A DNA stretch of 63,938 nt, the filler included, from Ministeria vibrans ATCC 50519 (taxonomy: Eukaryota; Protista; Filasterea): assembly GCA_943704425.1 (NCBI GenBank). It is 6 parts of 6 records of this genome, joined end to end, with 100 filler letters (N's around TTAATTAATTAA, not from the genome) between each part and the next. Parts side by side here need not be neighbours in the genome. Positions count along the whole stretch, not along the records: positions 1 to 25,118 come from CALSCP010002773.1; 5 more parts are not named here. One strand, written 5' to 3'. Every line of letters begins with the position of its first letter. Within the stretch, counting starts at the first letter, position 1. A program made the position numbers and the translations under genes. Positions 1-12,900 of the stretch are shown here, piece by piece. Under the pieces are notes generated by a model. That model saw nothing but the letters and a program-made list of their open reading frames with translations, was not told the DNA's origin and did not search any database.

Positions 1-600
1 GATGAGGATGAGGATGAGGATGAGGATGAGGATGATGGTAGTGACGACGACAAAGACGACGACGGCGACGCACTCATGAGGCTGGTATGACGTATCTTTA
101 ATATTGTATTTAAAAGCTCCCTCTTGTAGTTGCCACGGCTGGAGAGCGCAGCGGAGCAACGCTTTGCCCCCGTGTCGGTTTCTTCAGTGACGAAGGAAGT
201 GAAAGCGTGGATGCAGGACCAAGCGTGGAGCGATGAGGAGAAGAAGAACAAGAATGTACTGGAGTACTGGTACACGATCGGCCGTCGTCGATTCCCAACG
301 CTCTTCACTATGGTGGACAAGTACTTGTGCGCACCGTGCACGACGGTCGGCGTTGAGGCTGCGTTCTCTGGCGTCAACGCCACGCTCACTGATCAGCGCA
401 AGAGCCTCGCTCCAGAGCTCGTAGAGATGATGGAATTTATCTCGCACTTTGAGCTGCGGGGTGAGAGACCGAAGAAGCGCACTCGAGCAGAGATCAAGGA
501 GGCGCGCAGTGAGCATCTGATGAACTCGCTTGTTTACAAGCGTGCGCGGACTGATGAGAAGGTCGTTGTTGTTGACGACAAGCAGTCGTCAGAGGAGTGA
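1..600 (+). CDS. hAT transposase, C-terminal part (exons 1-84 and 130-600; 5' end outside window)
   Basis: VLEYW...RFPTLFTMVDKYLCAPCTTVGVEAAFS...LTDQRKSLAPELVE matches the hAT dimerisation motif. An acidic exon joins in phase 0 via a GTATGA...TTGTAG intron (85-129). Confidence 0.8.
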
Positions 601-660
601 GTCAGGAAAGGGACAGAGCGACGTGTCTCAATACATACCATTCCTTCACTTCACATATGC

Positions 661-793
661 GAACCTTGTCGAACCTTTCGAACCTTGTCGAACCTTTCGA
701 ACCTTCTCGAACCTTTCGAACCTTGTCGAACCTTGTCGAACCTTGTCGAATATTCGACTGAGATTTCGTAGGTTCGAAAGGTTCGAAGATTCG
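661..793. repeat. Subterminal repeat array of the hAT element
   Basis: About 9 direct copies of (TC)GAACCTT(G/T/C) plus inverted copies (AGGTTCGA) near the terminus. Confidence 0.85.
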
Positions 794-1108
794 ATTTACC
801 AGGGCCTAATGATTAGTATTTAGTGAGTTTAGTCGTAGCTCATTCATTAGTAATTGATGGATATAAAAACAATTCACTTTGACACACACACACAACGTAA
901 CCACAAACCATAAACCAGCATTCCAGCAACCTTGACAAATGGCATTTATGAATTATGACAATTGCAATTTGTAAATACTAAATTATGATGAGTCGCGAGT
1001 CGCGACTCGCGAGTCAACGGATCAATAGTAAGTTTCATTTCAAATATTTTTATTTTTGAATAATATTAATAATAATTATTATAATAATATTTTTTTTTGA
1101 ATTTTGCA

Positions 1109-2059
1109 ATGGACGACAAACAATTGAGATCCAAGTTGGTAGCCTATGGGGTCGCTGTGGGACCACTTTCGGCGTCAACGCGAGGTCGATACATGGCCAA
1201 GCTTGCAGCGTTGGAGCAAGACGCGCAGCAGCAGCACCAACGTCCGTCTCCTGCGAGCGCAAAGCGTTCGCGTTCGCGGTCCGCCTCTCCCGGTCGTCGT
1301 TCTGCGTCCCCATCGCGTGCCAAGAAGAGCACCACGCCGTCAAAGCCGGCATCCAAGGCTTCTGCTGCTGCTGCCGCAGCCGCAGTCGACGAGTCTGAAG
1401 AAGACTACGACACAGAGCCGGACGAGTCGCGCGACGAGATTTCTTCCATGACGCACAAAAAGTTGCTTTCAGCATTGCGCCAACGCAAACTCCCAGTGTG
1501 CCCAGTGACGCCCAAGACTCGGCCGCTTCTGGAGCGAAGGCTGCGCGAGGCGACGGCGAGCGAGAAGCGGACATCGGCCAAGTCGCGCCTGACGCTCGAG
1601 GTGGAGTCAGAGGAGGAGGAGGACGACGACGACGACGACGATGATGACGATGATGATGATGATGATGATGAAGTGATTCTGAGCGATCCTGGTCAGCGTA
1701 CTCTAGAGCCGGCACGCGTACCGACTCCGGTGCGACCCACGATGACCAAGCGTACTCCCAAACGGGCGTCAACTGCCGTTTCTTCTACCACTACCTCTAC
1801 CAGCCAGAGCAACAGCCGTAGTAGCAGCAGCCGTAACATCAACAGCAGTGCAACCACAACAAGAGCAGAATCGGCAAAGAAGCAAGAACGAAATGCGTCG
1901 CCAGGCCGCCCATGGCTCGACGTCGACCGTTCCAACAGCACGGAGGCGAGTGTGTCTCCGCTCTGGCGCTTTGCCGTCCTCGCTGTCCTCCTTGCGTCCC
2001 TCTACACTCTCTGGGTCTCCAAACCCGCCTCCTACGACTACTCCCACTCCCTCGAATGA
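1109..2059 (+). CDS. LEM-domain inner nuclear membrane protein (two LEM-like motifs plus C-terminal TM; LAP2beta/emerin-like)
   Basis: MDDKQLRSKLVAYGVAVGPLSASTRGRYMAKL and MTHKKLLSALRQRKLPVCPVTPKTRPLLERRL both fit the LEM pattern. RS-rich and acidic linkers; hydrophobic FAVLAVLLASLYTLWV near the C-terminus; single exon. Confidence 0.8.
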   Translation: MDDKQLRSKLVAYGVAVGPLSASTRGRYMAKLAALEQDAQQQHQRPSPASAKRSRSRSASPGRRSASPSRAKKSTTPSKPASKASAAAAAAAVDESEEDYDTEPDESRDEISSMTHKKLLSALRQRKLPVCPVTPKTRPLLERRLREATASEKRTSAKSRLTLEVESEEEEDDDDDDDDDDDDDDDDEVILSDPGQRTLEPARVPTPVRPTMTKRTPKRASTAVSSTTTSTSQSNSRSSSSRNINSSATTTRAESAKKQERNASPGRPWLDVDRSNSTEASVSPLWRFAVLAVLLASLYTLWVSKPASYDYSHSLE

Positions 2060-2245
2060 TCACCACCACCAGTACATTTTCTGACGCCACTCGATTTTAT
2101 TTTTTTGATAATGGGATAATGGCTTTTTTTCTCTTTTTTACTTCACTCTTTTCTGCGCTGTCAACACACAGTCAAAAGAATAAGACACTCTCGCTCACTC
2201 ACTCACTCACACACACACAAACAGAAAAGGAAGAGAGACAAGTGC

Positions 2246-3072
2246 TCACAAGAGCACACAGGGACCCTTCTTCTTCTTCTTGTCTGAGAGTGCGGCGCGC
2301 GTCGCACACTCAAACACTGCTCGCACGTTCTTCTTGCCCTTGGCACTGCACTCGAGGTATTGGAATGCCTGCACCTTGGTTGCAACCTGTTGACCCTCAT
2401 CCGTCGACACGGGTGACTGCTTCATCTTCTGTAGCTCGCGGATTGTTGACTCATCTGTACGCAGATCCTGAGAATACAAAAGAAAAAAGAGCATTAGGTT
2501 TTCTCCTCTTTTTTCTTCCTCTATTTTTCCCTACCTGTTTGCAGCCGACGAGGACAAATGCCACACCGGGGCAGAAGTGCTTGACCTCGGGCACCCACTT
2601 TTCGGGGACGTTCTCGAGCGAGTCGGGAGAGTCGATGGCAAAGCACATGAGAATGACATTGGTGTCGGGGTAGCTCAAGGGTCGCAGACGATCGTAGTCT
2701 TCTTGTCCTGCTGTATCCCAAAGTGCAAGCTCCACCTCCTTGCCATCAACTTCAATGTCGGCCACGTAGTTTTCGAACACTGTGGGCACGTACACCTGCA
2801 AAAAAAGGGAAGGCAAGACGATCGACGACGACGACAAGAGGGTGTTAGGAGCGTGCGGTCCAATTATAGTGCACTACTACTACTACTATTTGACACATAC
2901 CTCCGGGAACATGTCCTTGGAGAATACAATGAGGAGACAAGTCTTTCCGCAGGCACCATCACCCACGACTACGAGCTACAGAGACACAAAGAGGAGAAAG
3001 GGAGTCAGTTGGAAAAAAAAAAAATCATTGTCGCTTCAAGAGCCTTACCTTTTTACGAATGGTCGATGTCAT
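2246..3072 (-). CDS. RHOA: Rho-family GTPase RhoA/Rho1 (4 coding exons)
   Basis: Spliced [20 protein letters not shown]...[46 protein letters not shown]...; polybasic tail and CAAX box CVLL. Confidence 0.95.
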
Positions 3073-4515
3073 TGTGTTTATATATAAGCAGAAATACGGG
3101 TTCTAAGGCCACAAAGAAAACCTGCAGCGACAAGGGGACAAGAGAGAGAAAAACGGTGAATGGAAAAAACGAATGGGGTAAATCTCGAAAGTAGGCGACA
3201 TGAGAGCACACCCTGTGAAAGGCAGCTGTCTGAGAGCGCGATTGGCGGTGGATTTTGAGGAGCAACAATGAAAAGGACAAACCCACAAAAGTTAAGACAA
3301 CGTCACGGATTTAAAAATAAAATGCAACCTCCACCGCCACGGGCAGAGGCGCAGGGCACACGCCCGAACCACCAGCCCACAGGCCCGCATGCGCCACAAT
3401 GCGAGTCTGGCGAACCGCACAACGTGCAGGAGAGAGCGCAGAGCAGATTACAACAGCAAAAAAAACGACGAGGTCAAAAACGGAGCGCATGAACAAAAGA
3501 CGAAAAGAGCACAGCGAAGGGCAGGGGGCAGGGGCGAATCGGAGGGGGCGCGCAGGAGACGGGGCACGGGCGCGCAAAGAGCCCCGCGAGCCCCCGCAGA
3601 TCTCCAGAGGATCGTTTGGGCGACAACTTTCTTCTCTTCTTTCGTCTTTTTTTTTTTTTNNNNNNNNNNGCCTGGGCAAATGCATCCATTTTTCTTTCTC
3701 TGCTCGCAAATGGGCGTCAGAGACGTCGTTTGGCAATGGCGGACGCGGCAGACGACAGACGGCGGGCGAGGCGGGGGTGCGCCGCGGCGGGGGCGGCGGG
3801 CAGGGCGTGGGTGTGGCCCAGGCGGCACACGGCAAAGAAGGATTGAAAAAACTTGGGTGGGTTGTGTGTGCGGGCCCCTGCACGGAAGTTGGCCGGGGCC
3901 CAGGGCGCTGCTGGCTCGCCTGCGTCACGATGCTCATGCGACTCACCGCCCAACTGGACGTTCCACTGTAGATTTTTTCATTTTTTTTTTTTTTTTTTCC
4001 ATTTCCTCCTTCACGCCTTTTGCTGGACGCACCGAGTCTCCATTTTGCACGCCACTGCCACGTCCACCCATGCTCAGGTGAACGAGCGGCAGTGGCGGCA
4101 CCCGTAGCGCGAGCGTGGTCGAATATCCGACAAGTTTTTTTTTAGAATGCGACAGCGAGAGAGCAAAATATGCCACAGGGCGGAGCGAGCAAGACAGACG
4201 GGGAGCCGCGCGTCGAACAGCGTCGGTGCGTTACCTTATCAACGTTGAATAAAATAAAAATGTGTTGTACTGTGGTGAAATGTTGACTGATGGAGATTCA
4301 TGTTCTTGATGAACTCTAGTTTTTGAGGTTTTGAATTGCGATTTTCGTTTTTAAGATCTGATTAGATCTTTGGCTTAATGTCTCACTATGCCCGTATGCC
4401 AAATATTGCCGATTGTCGAATCGACGAACCACGACGGAGTTTGGCGAATGATCTTTGAGAAGTGTTTTGATTTTGGGAACATCAATAACTATTATGATTA
4501 ATTTTTTTTATTCTC

Positions 4516-5321
4516 ATGTCCACCTTTGGTAAGAAACCCACCACGGGCTCGTATACGTTTCAGTCCGCTCCTAGAGCGGTGCAACCACAGCGAAAAAAGT
4601 TTCGGGACGAAGAGTAAGAAAGTGCCGTAACCAAGGCGACCAGAGGCGATGTTTCATCCGGCGCCTCTCCCGCCTCGTATGCAGTGGCGACCAGCCTGGA
4701 ACGTATGGAAACATCATGCACGACCCTAGAGTCATTAGGGGCTCCACAGTCCATCGCGGTGCAGCGGCCCAGGCCCCCAGGACAGCCACGGTGCGTCACA
4801 TTGAAATTGTTGTTGTGTTCCTCATTGCTCTAACAGAACGAAGCGGAGGCGGCTCAAAGAAGACGACGGGCTGCAGCACGCAACCGCGTCCAAATGGTAA
4901 AGTGCAATACGGAGGCATATTTAACGCATTAATGAGACTCACTATGTTCAAACTAATATTATTATTATTGTCTTCATATCAGTCAATGCGAGCGGTGACA
5001 CCCGAGGCAGTTGACGGCCGCCAGCACATGGATGTTCAGACAGACACATACTTGGAGGAACTCACAGAGCGTGCACCCGAAGCAGACAATGCAACCCAGA
5101 CAGATGCGTTTCTCGATCGGGCTCCCTCACCGCTCTTCGTTCCGGCCAAGATCGGCCACGACGTTGCCACACAAATTGTGAACGGCGAACTCTTTGATTT
5201 TGAGCGCGAAGTCAAGCCCATTGTTGAGGTTCTTGTGGCAAAGACAATGGAGCAAGCGCTCATGGAGGTATGATGCACAAATGACATTGTAATAATGATG
5301 ATTGTGCGTTGTTGTTATAAT

Positions 5322-5405
<84 letters not shown>

Positions 5406-6105
5406 CGTCTTATTATTATTAATATTACTATTAATATTAATTTATTGGCTATTTGTGTTGTCGCTTTTCGTTTGTGATTGATAATAAATTGGAAATGTCT
5501 TCTTCTTAATTTATTGACTGAGAGAACTATGTGAATTTATATTACATAGGTGATGGAAGAAGACGAGCTGTCGAGCTTACGCGCTCGTCAGGAACATTTT
5601 GAAACCATTCGAGCGGCTGAAAAGGCCGAAACACAGCGACTGGAAGAAGGTAAATAATTAGAAGAAGATGGAAATGCAAAATTGATAATGATCAATTTTA
5701 ATCACTAACCATTATTGGAATTTCTTTTTCTTCTTCTTCTTCACAATAATATATTATTGTATCACAGAAGAGCGACGTCATCGGGAAGAGAAAGAGCGTC
5801 GGTTGCAGCAAGAGGAAGCGGTGCGTCAGGAGGAGGCTGCAGTTCGGACAAAGGTGGCAGCGCGGGTATTTGCACGGGAGTATCTCAGTGACGTGGTGAG
5901 CAGTGCAGTGGACAACCTCAACGACGCCGGCTTCTTTTACGACGTGGTGGAGCGCGAGGTTGAAACGCAGTTTATGCCCTGGCTGGCCCAGCAGGCCGCC
6001 GCACATCACACCCGCGCACTCGTCGCCCGTGAGCTCGTTGCACAAATGGTTGCGGCTGCTGCAACTCGCCACCGCACCCACTATGAGCAACTCGACCCTG
6101 AATAG
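4516..6105 (+). CDS. RSPH3: Radial spoke head protein 3 (flagellar), multi-exon
   Basis: YTFQSAPRAV, YGNIMHDPRVIRGST, AVTPEAVDGRQHMDVQTDTYLEEL, ATQTDAFLDRAPSPLFVPAKIGHDVATQI..GELFDFEREVKPIVEVLVAKTMEQALMEV, GFFYDVVEREVETQFMPWL. Confidence 0.92.
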
Positions 6106-6308
6106 TAACTAATAATTATTAAGAAAATTATATAAAAATATAATACAGAGTAGAGAGCTGTTTATATAAAAGACCATCTTGTTCATTCGAAAGGAAAAAC
6201 TGTAGTTGTAGTAATAATGTAATAGTAATAATAAGTTCAATTTATAGTAATAGTAAATAGTAATAGAGTAGTGGTGGTAATAAAGTAATGCGCGTGTTAT
6301 TTATGGGA

Positions 6309-6613
6309 TCAGACGGCAATGGAAGCGGCAACATTGACGGGCGCAAGGTACTCGTACTTGAGCGACTGGTCCTTCTCACGTTCGCGCACGAGAGTGTTCA
6401 TGCGCTGCATGGTGGCGTGGAAGGCCTCGACGGCAGCTCGCACAGCCGCACTGTCACTTTCGGAGCTCAACGTCTCTGTTAGTGTGTTGCTCAGGGTCTC
6501 AACGTTGTCCAGTTGCAGCGGCGACGTCAACGTGTCCGGTTGGCGCGGTGGCAAAGACACAGTCTACACACGAATCATAATTATTATTATTTATTACATC
6601 TACACACAGTCAG

Positions 6614-6693
<80 letters not shown>

Positions 6694-9100
6694 AAAAAAA
6701 AATCTCGTACGTTTAAAGTGAAGATTGTTTCGCGGGTGACATCAGCGGAAGGGAGGGCGTCAACAATGTACTTCATTGTGACAAGCGACTCGTTCTTGGG
6801 CATCTCACGGGTGAGCGTCAGTGGATGATTGGGAACAAAGAGGTTGTAGCGACTCTGGGCAAAGTTGACAGCCGAGTGCTGGGCAGACGCAGTAAAGATG
6901 ATCTCAGAAAGAGTCAGACTAAGCGAGGCTAGCGAATCAAAGGGGGCAATACCGCCCACAATGGCTGCACCGTCAGGATCAACGAGCTCGCGATGGAGCG
7001 CCTGGAGTGCGACATCGTCGCGGATGGTTGCGTCGCAGGGGTCAGTGCTGGGACCGGTACAGCCGTAGATGGCGCGCAGGAGGGACGTGACGTAGGTCGT
7101 AATGGCGTCCCACAGACGAAAGGCGTCGTCGCGGTAGTGGTAGCCTGGCAGAGGGTCACGAGCGGTGCCTTGGTCCGCCTCAGGGACGCGCTCGATACCC
7201 TGCCGAGCAAGGCGACTGAAAAACATGGAATCGTGGAGGGAATAGTTGGCAAACGTGCGCACAAGCAGCTGGAAGGCGCCGTGGATGCCAATGCTAAGCA
7301 TGCGGTCGAGGGTTGGGTTAACGGGGTCAACGAGGGAGCGACGCGCAAGACTGTTGATGGCAATGGTGCCGCGCAGGTGAGGCAGCATGAAAAGAAGGAC
7401 GGGATGGTGCGCGGGCAGTTGGCGGTGAAAGGCCACAACAAACGGCTCAATGACCATGTGAGTGAGTCCAAAGTGCTCCACCACCTCGTGCACATTGGCA
7501 TCGGCACACATGACGTGCATCTTGGCAAAGAGCCACACAAGACTCTCGCGGTGCGTGTCGTCGTGGCGGTGTGTCAGCGGAGGCACATAGACACGGTTGA
7601 CAAGGGGTGCAGCGTGGCGCGTAAGCTGAATGGCAATGGGCAATAGTTTGCCCGATGTAGACACGTAGAGCAGACAGAGAGCAGGGTAGACTTGGCGCGT
7701 GTCCTTGAGTGTCACATTCACCAGAATCTCATAGTCTAGGACAAGCAAACAATATACAAAAAAAACCAAGAGAGAAGTAAATATGTAGAAAGGTGCGTAA
7801 GTAGTAGTAAGGTGTGTCGAAAAGCTTTGCAGCAGGATGGGACTGGTCGTACCGACGTAGTAAAGACGATTATCAGAGCGGAGTTGAGCAAGGGTACGCT
7901 CAGAGCGATGGAGAAGGAGAGCGTTGATGCGGGCGCGAGTGTCCGAGTCGAGATGCATGATGGGTGGAGGAACGCCGCGGTGGATGGCCATGGGGTTGGC
8001 GCCGGTGAGGAACTGCTGAGCAAAGACGGAGTCTTCGCGCCACGAGTTTGCACCAAGTTCGGAAATGAGTGGAGCGGGGACAAAGAGACGCGGAGAGTGC
8101 ACGGGGCCGAGGTAGGCTACAAAGTCCTCGGGCACAACAAAAGCATTGCGGTCGGCACCAAACCAGGAAACAAAGTCAAAGAGGCCCACGGTGGCCAAGA
8201 GGCCAGCGAGTCCACCATCAATGAGCAGGTAAAGGACGTTGGAGCGACTCCATGCCTCGGGGTCGTGTCGCTGGGAGGTGGTCAGCGAGGGCACATCGAC
8301 GGCAATGCGCCGGGGCAAGCTTACGCCCAGGCTGGCCAGGTCGGGTGGGAGCGAATACGACGCATACGAATAGCGTTGCACGTCGCCTGCGCCCTTGTAC
8401 CGGTCAAACTCAGGTGGGCCCGAAAACACCTCTTTGCCCGTTGGCTCGACCTTCTGGCTGGCGGGAGATCGGCGTAGCTTGGCATTCTCCGTGTATGCCA
8501 CGAGCCGCAGATGATTCACGGCGCCCAGCGGCTGTAGCTCGGGCGGTGCATGCCACACGTTGAAGGCGAGATCCTTTTCGCAAAAGTGGTTGAAATCGCG
8601 CTTGGAGAAGTCCTGTGCGGGGATGTTGACCGTCGCAACCTTAACCCAGGGGGTTGACCAGGGGATGGTGGGGTCCTCGATGGGTTCCTATTGAAATAAA
8701 AAACAAAGCGTAGAAACGTAGAGTGAGACAGGCAATGATGATGGGAGGGATGAAAGATATCGTGATTATGAGCTGGTGCGTGTGGGAATCGAGTGTGCTG
8801 CCTTGGTGGGTATCGTACTGCACATGGATTTTCCTGCAGCTGCACCATAAAGTCAAAGCAGGCGGGTTCTTCGTGGACGGTCAGCTGGTCGCGCATGACA
8901 AAAGTGTAGAAATCGGTGCGCTTCACTGATCGGCGCAGGTTGTGATTTCGCGCGCGACGCTCGTCAGACACAGAGCCGAAGCACGGCGTGATTTTGTACT
9001 TCATAGCCTGTCCGGCTGATTTTGGGCCCATGCGGTAGGGCAGAGTGGAGAAAAAATCCCAGTCGAGGGGAGAGTCCAAGTGCAGATATGTGGGAATCAG
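6309..9100 (-). CDS. 3' half of a catalase-like (AOS-type) heme domain fused to a lipoxygenase domain; no start codon here, 5' half at 21660-23712
   Basis: Catalase-like: SPLDWDFFSTLPYRMG, FDFMVQLQ, PIEDPTIPW, FNVWH..PLGAVNHLRLVAY (proximal R-x3-Y). LOX: WREDSVFAQQFLTGANP, LLPIAIQL, WLFAK, HEVVEHFGLTH, PHLRGTIAINSLAR, YHYRDD, SAQHSAVNF, C-terminal SIAV. Exons about 8819-9100, 7853-8687, 6712-7736, 6309-6562. Confidence 0.92.
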
Positions 9101-9112
9101 CTAAAAGAAAAC

Positions 9113-9293
<181 letters not shown>

Positions 9294-9318
9294 CTTATTA
9301 TTCAATTTTGTGCTGTAG

Positions 9319-9889
9319 ATCCGTTGCAGTGTGGAACGCAACGCGGAAGAAGCCCGTTGGTCGCATCCGCAACGCACACCCAATTACACAGCCCTCCCCC
9401 ACCACCACTACCACCACTACTACTACTACCACTACTAGTTCTACTTCTACTTCGGCGTATGTGCCGCGCGTCGAGCTTGAAGGGTGGGTGAGTGCTGTGG
9501 CGACACTGCGCTACACTGACCTGTTTGCCAGTGGCTCTTGTGATGGCGTTGTACGCCTCTGGCAATGGGATGATGCTGCTCGAAAGGTCGCTCACATCTC
9601 AGACGTCACATTGGTAACACAACACACACCTACACATATACGAAAACAACATCGACACTCAATAAAAACTAAACGGGTTATGTAGAATGGTTTTGTGAAT
9701 GGACTGGCGTTCAACCGCAGCGGGAGTGTCCTTGTGGCGGGCGTTGGGCAGGAGCACCGTCTGGGCCGCTGGGCACGCTCCAAGGTGGGCTCCAACGGCA
9801 TCTACCTCATCCCTCTTTGCCCCGACAAGAAGAGCACAGAAGAAGATCAAGATCAAGATGTCGCTGAAGAAGACGAAGACGACATCTGA
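9319..9889 (+). CDS. RRP9: U3 snoRNP WD40 protein RRP9/U3-55K, 3' exons only
   Basis: SVAVWNATRKKPV...AH, WVSAVATLRYTDLFASGSCDGVVRLW, GFVNGLAF...LVAGVGQEHRLGRW. The 5' exons are absent and the fragment starts after a GA/TG microsatellite. Confidence 0.85.
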
Positions 9890-9970
9890 CGTCTCTTCTC
9901 CTCTTTCTCAATCTCATTCAACTGTAAAATATAAAAAAATTACACTTCTTTTTTACAATGCAATCATTAA

Positions 9971-12900
9971 TCACTCAATGTCACTTCCAAAATCGCCTTC
10001 ATCGCCTCGCACAAACATTTCGGCATCCTCTTGCTCCTCCTGCTCCCCCACCACCACTGATTCTACTCCTTCTCGTTCCTCACTGCCACTCTCCTCCTCG
10101 TCCGTCTCACTGTCACTCTCGTCGTCGTCGCCTCTTCCTTCCCAAATGGCCCGCATTGCCTGTCGCTCTTCCTCTTCCTCACGTGACTCCTTGCGACCCA
10201 CCATGAGCCGCAGCAGACGCCAAATCCACAGAAAAATGTCCTCTCGCTTTGCTTGGTCCAGCTCTTGTTCGCGTCGTGCCGTCTTGGCCGCGTAATAGTG
10301 ACTCATGATGATCGTCATGAACATATTCAAAAGCACAAAGTAGACACAGAACATGAACGTGATCGAGTAGATGGGCCCCAGCACACGGTTTGACTCGCTC
10401 ACATCGTAGAGTGTGGTGATGCCCAACATCACTCCAAGATTGCTCAAGAGCGCATCGCCAACAGTGGCGTATGTCGCAACCTGACTGCCAAACAGCAGGT
10501 AACCAAGGACGCCGTAGCCGACGTAGATGACGGCAAAGTTGAAGAGGAACAGAAGCACAGGCTTGGTTGCCGTGCGCATTGCAATGATGGTATGACTCAC
10601 AAAGACAGAGTGGCGGAAATAGCGTACAAAGCCAAAGATAGCCGTGAATACTGTGAGCCCGCCCCACCACAAGTACACCTGTTGGAGTGTGGCCAACGCG
10701 CGCACGTCATAGTTGGTCTCGCTCACGGCAACACCACCGAAAAAGGCATTCGACTTGGCCAGTCGCGCAATGCCCAGCCCAATCAAAACCCACGCCATGA
10801 TGAGAAGCCACAAGTCAAACAAGTTCCATGCGCCGTCCAGTGGATTGTACAGAAAGTCTCGCTGAAGCCGACCCACACGGAGCGCAAGCTGAATAGTCCG
10901 GTACACAATCACAAGCACAAAGAGTACCTCAAAAACGCCCACGAGCACATCAAAGTCCGTCGTGTAGAAGAACAACTGCACCACCTCAACCGTCTGGGTT
11001 GCGATGAGTCCGCCCGTCGAGGGAAACTCCGCCAGAAGCGTCACGAGTGTGAACAGGTTGGTCTGGGCGACGTAGTAATAGGCCTCGGTAAAGACGGCAC
11101 GCGTCTGTGCATCAATCCACAAGTCATCCTTGAGCTGTGCCAGGGCTGCCGACGCCTGCGTATATGTGGTGCCCAGAGGAGCACAGAACCCGCCCCCCGA
11201 GTAAACGTGCAGTGTGCCCCAGTACGGCGATGAACCCGACTGCTCGGCCGTCCGATACAAAAACGGAGTCGTCAGTGCCCCGTACGACGCCCGTGAGTTA
11301 CTCGACCCTGACCAACTCGCAAAGCAATGTTGAATCGTATCCGAAAATCTGAGAAAAAAATAATACGTCGTGTCAATTATTATCATAATAATTTATTATA
11401 TTGTTAGTATTATTAGTATTATTAGTATTGTACTTTGAAACGACGGAACAGGAGTCCTGTTTGACGCGAAGTTGGCGGAAGCGAGGAGAGCCCACGTATG
11501 CCATGTTGCCTGAAGTAAAAACACTGTCGTCGGCATAGAGACCCGGCAGAAGAATCTGCTCGCTGTATTCCCAGAAGGACTCGAAGCGCGTCAATTTCGC
11601 ATAGGACAAGGTGCGGTTGTTGGCGGTGACGTCGAGGAAAGGACGTCGCACCTGGTCTGCCTGGAAGAAAACACCTTGGTTGTGTCGTGCAAAGACGACA
11701 AAACAGATAAGAAAGATGAAGAGCAGGTGGGCAAAGAGCGACTTGACCAGCGACTGCTGCCATCGTTGAAGGACGGTTAACAGACGCTCTTTGCGCATCT
11801 GATCGCGCAGCAACACACTCAGCTGGTCTGCATTAAGTCGCTCGACGTATGCACCCTTGCGCCGCACCAGTCGATTGTAGCGGTGGAGCAGCTCCGAGAG
11901 CGATCCAAAGTCCGAGCGCAGCACAAATCCGTTGTCGGCATGGAGTATCAGTGCAAAGAAAAGCGCAATGAGCAGCACCTTGAGAGGCTGCGTGAGAAAT
12001 ACCGACCAGATAAACGAGAGCAACACAGAGCCAAGCCAGTCAAGCGACTTGTCACGTCCAAAGCGGAAACCGTATAGAATGACCAGGTAGCCCGCGAGTG
12101 CCGTGGTGGCTATGCATCCGATCCAGGCGACGTAGATAAACCAGTGTGGCAGTGAGTTCCAGCGGTACTTGGCATAGACTTCAGCCACCGAGTCGGGCAC
12201 CACCACGGCACGAAAGCTCCCCTGCTGCTGTTGCGTCGGCTGTTGCGTCGGCTGTTGAGTTGTATCGTTTAACAAGGGCTCCACCTGCGGGTTTGACACG
12301 TGTCGCGGGGCTTTGTACTCCTTGTCTCGCACTCGCTTGACAAACTTCTGGTCCGCCTCGCGCTCGCGCTCTGTCATCAGCACAGCCTCACGAGGCTCAG
12401 ACATCGACGGCCGTACTCGCTTCTTGACTCCATCCCTCCCATCATCCACATCCTCGTTGTTGAGCTGTCTCCCAGCATCCGCTTCGCCCGCGGTGGCACT
12501 GTCGGCACTCTCCGCCTCCTCGAGAATTGCGTCATCCGCCATCCACGTGTCTCGATGCTGTGGCGGCCGCCGCAACCCATCTCCGGTAGCTGTGCTGTGC
12601 AAGTCGGAAGAATTTGAACGACTCAAATTGGACGAGACACGTCGGAAACGCGACATGGAGCGACTCGACTCAAGCGACACATTGCGTCGCAATTCGTTGG
12701 CCACGTCGCTAGCCCAGCTGTAGTGCTCCTGCTCACGCACTGCCTCCAACTCACTCTTCACCAGTGACAGTTCTCTCTTCAGTTCCGCCTTGTCTCCGTC
12801 AACCTTGTCGTCCTTGGGCGAGTCGCTGCGAAAGAATAGGAGTGTTTTGGCCTCTTCGAGTCGCGCGCTCTTGCTGTCGTCCTTGGGGCGAGCCCAACGG

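Larger units (their letters stand above)
1..808 (+). mobile_element. 3' end of a hAT-superfamily DNA transposon (transposase C-terminus, subterminal repeats, terminal inverted repeat)
   Basis: hAT-type dimerisation domain ORF, then clustered 9-10 bp GAACCTT(G/T/C)TC repeats in both orientations (661-793), then a terminus reading TAGGCCCTGGTAAATCGAATC on the minus strand ending at 808. Sequence turns AT-rich afterwards. Confidence 0.75.

Noticed and set aside
661-793. CRISPR-like repeat array
   Set aside because: Short tandem 9-10 bp units with no unique spacers, in a eukaryote, next to a hAT terminus.
3311-4180. GC-rich ORFs upstream of RhoA
   Set aside because: Low-complexity translations without motifs; more likely Rho 5' UTR, intron or promoter.
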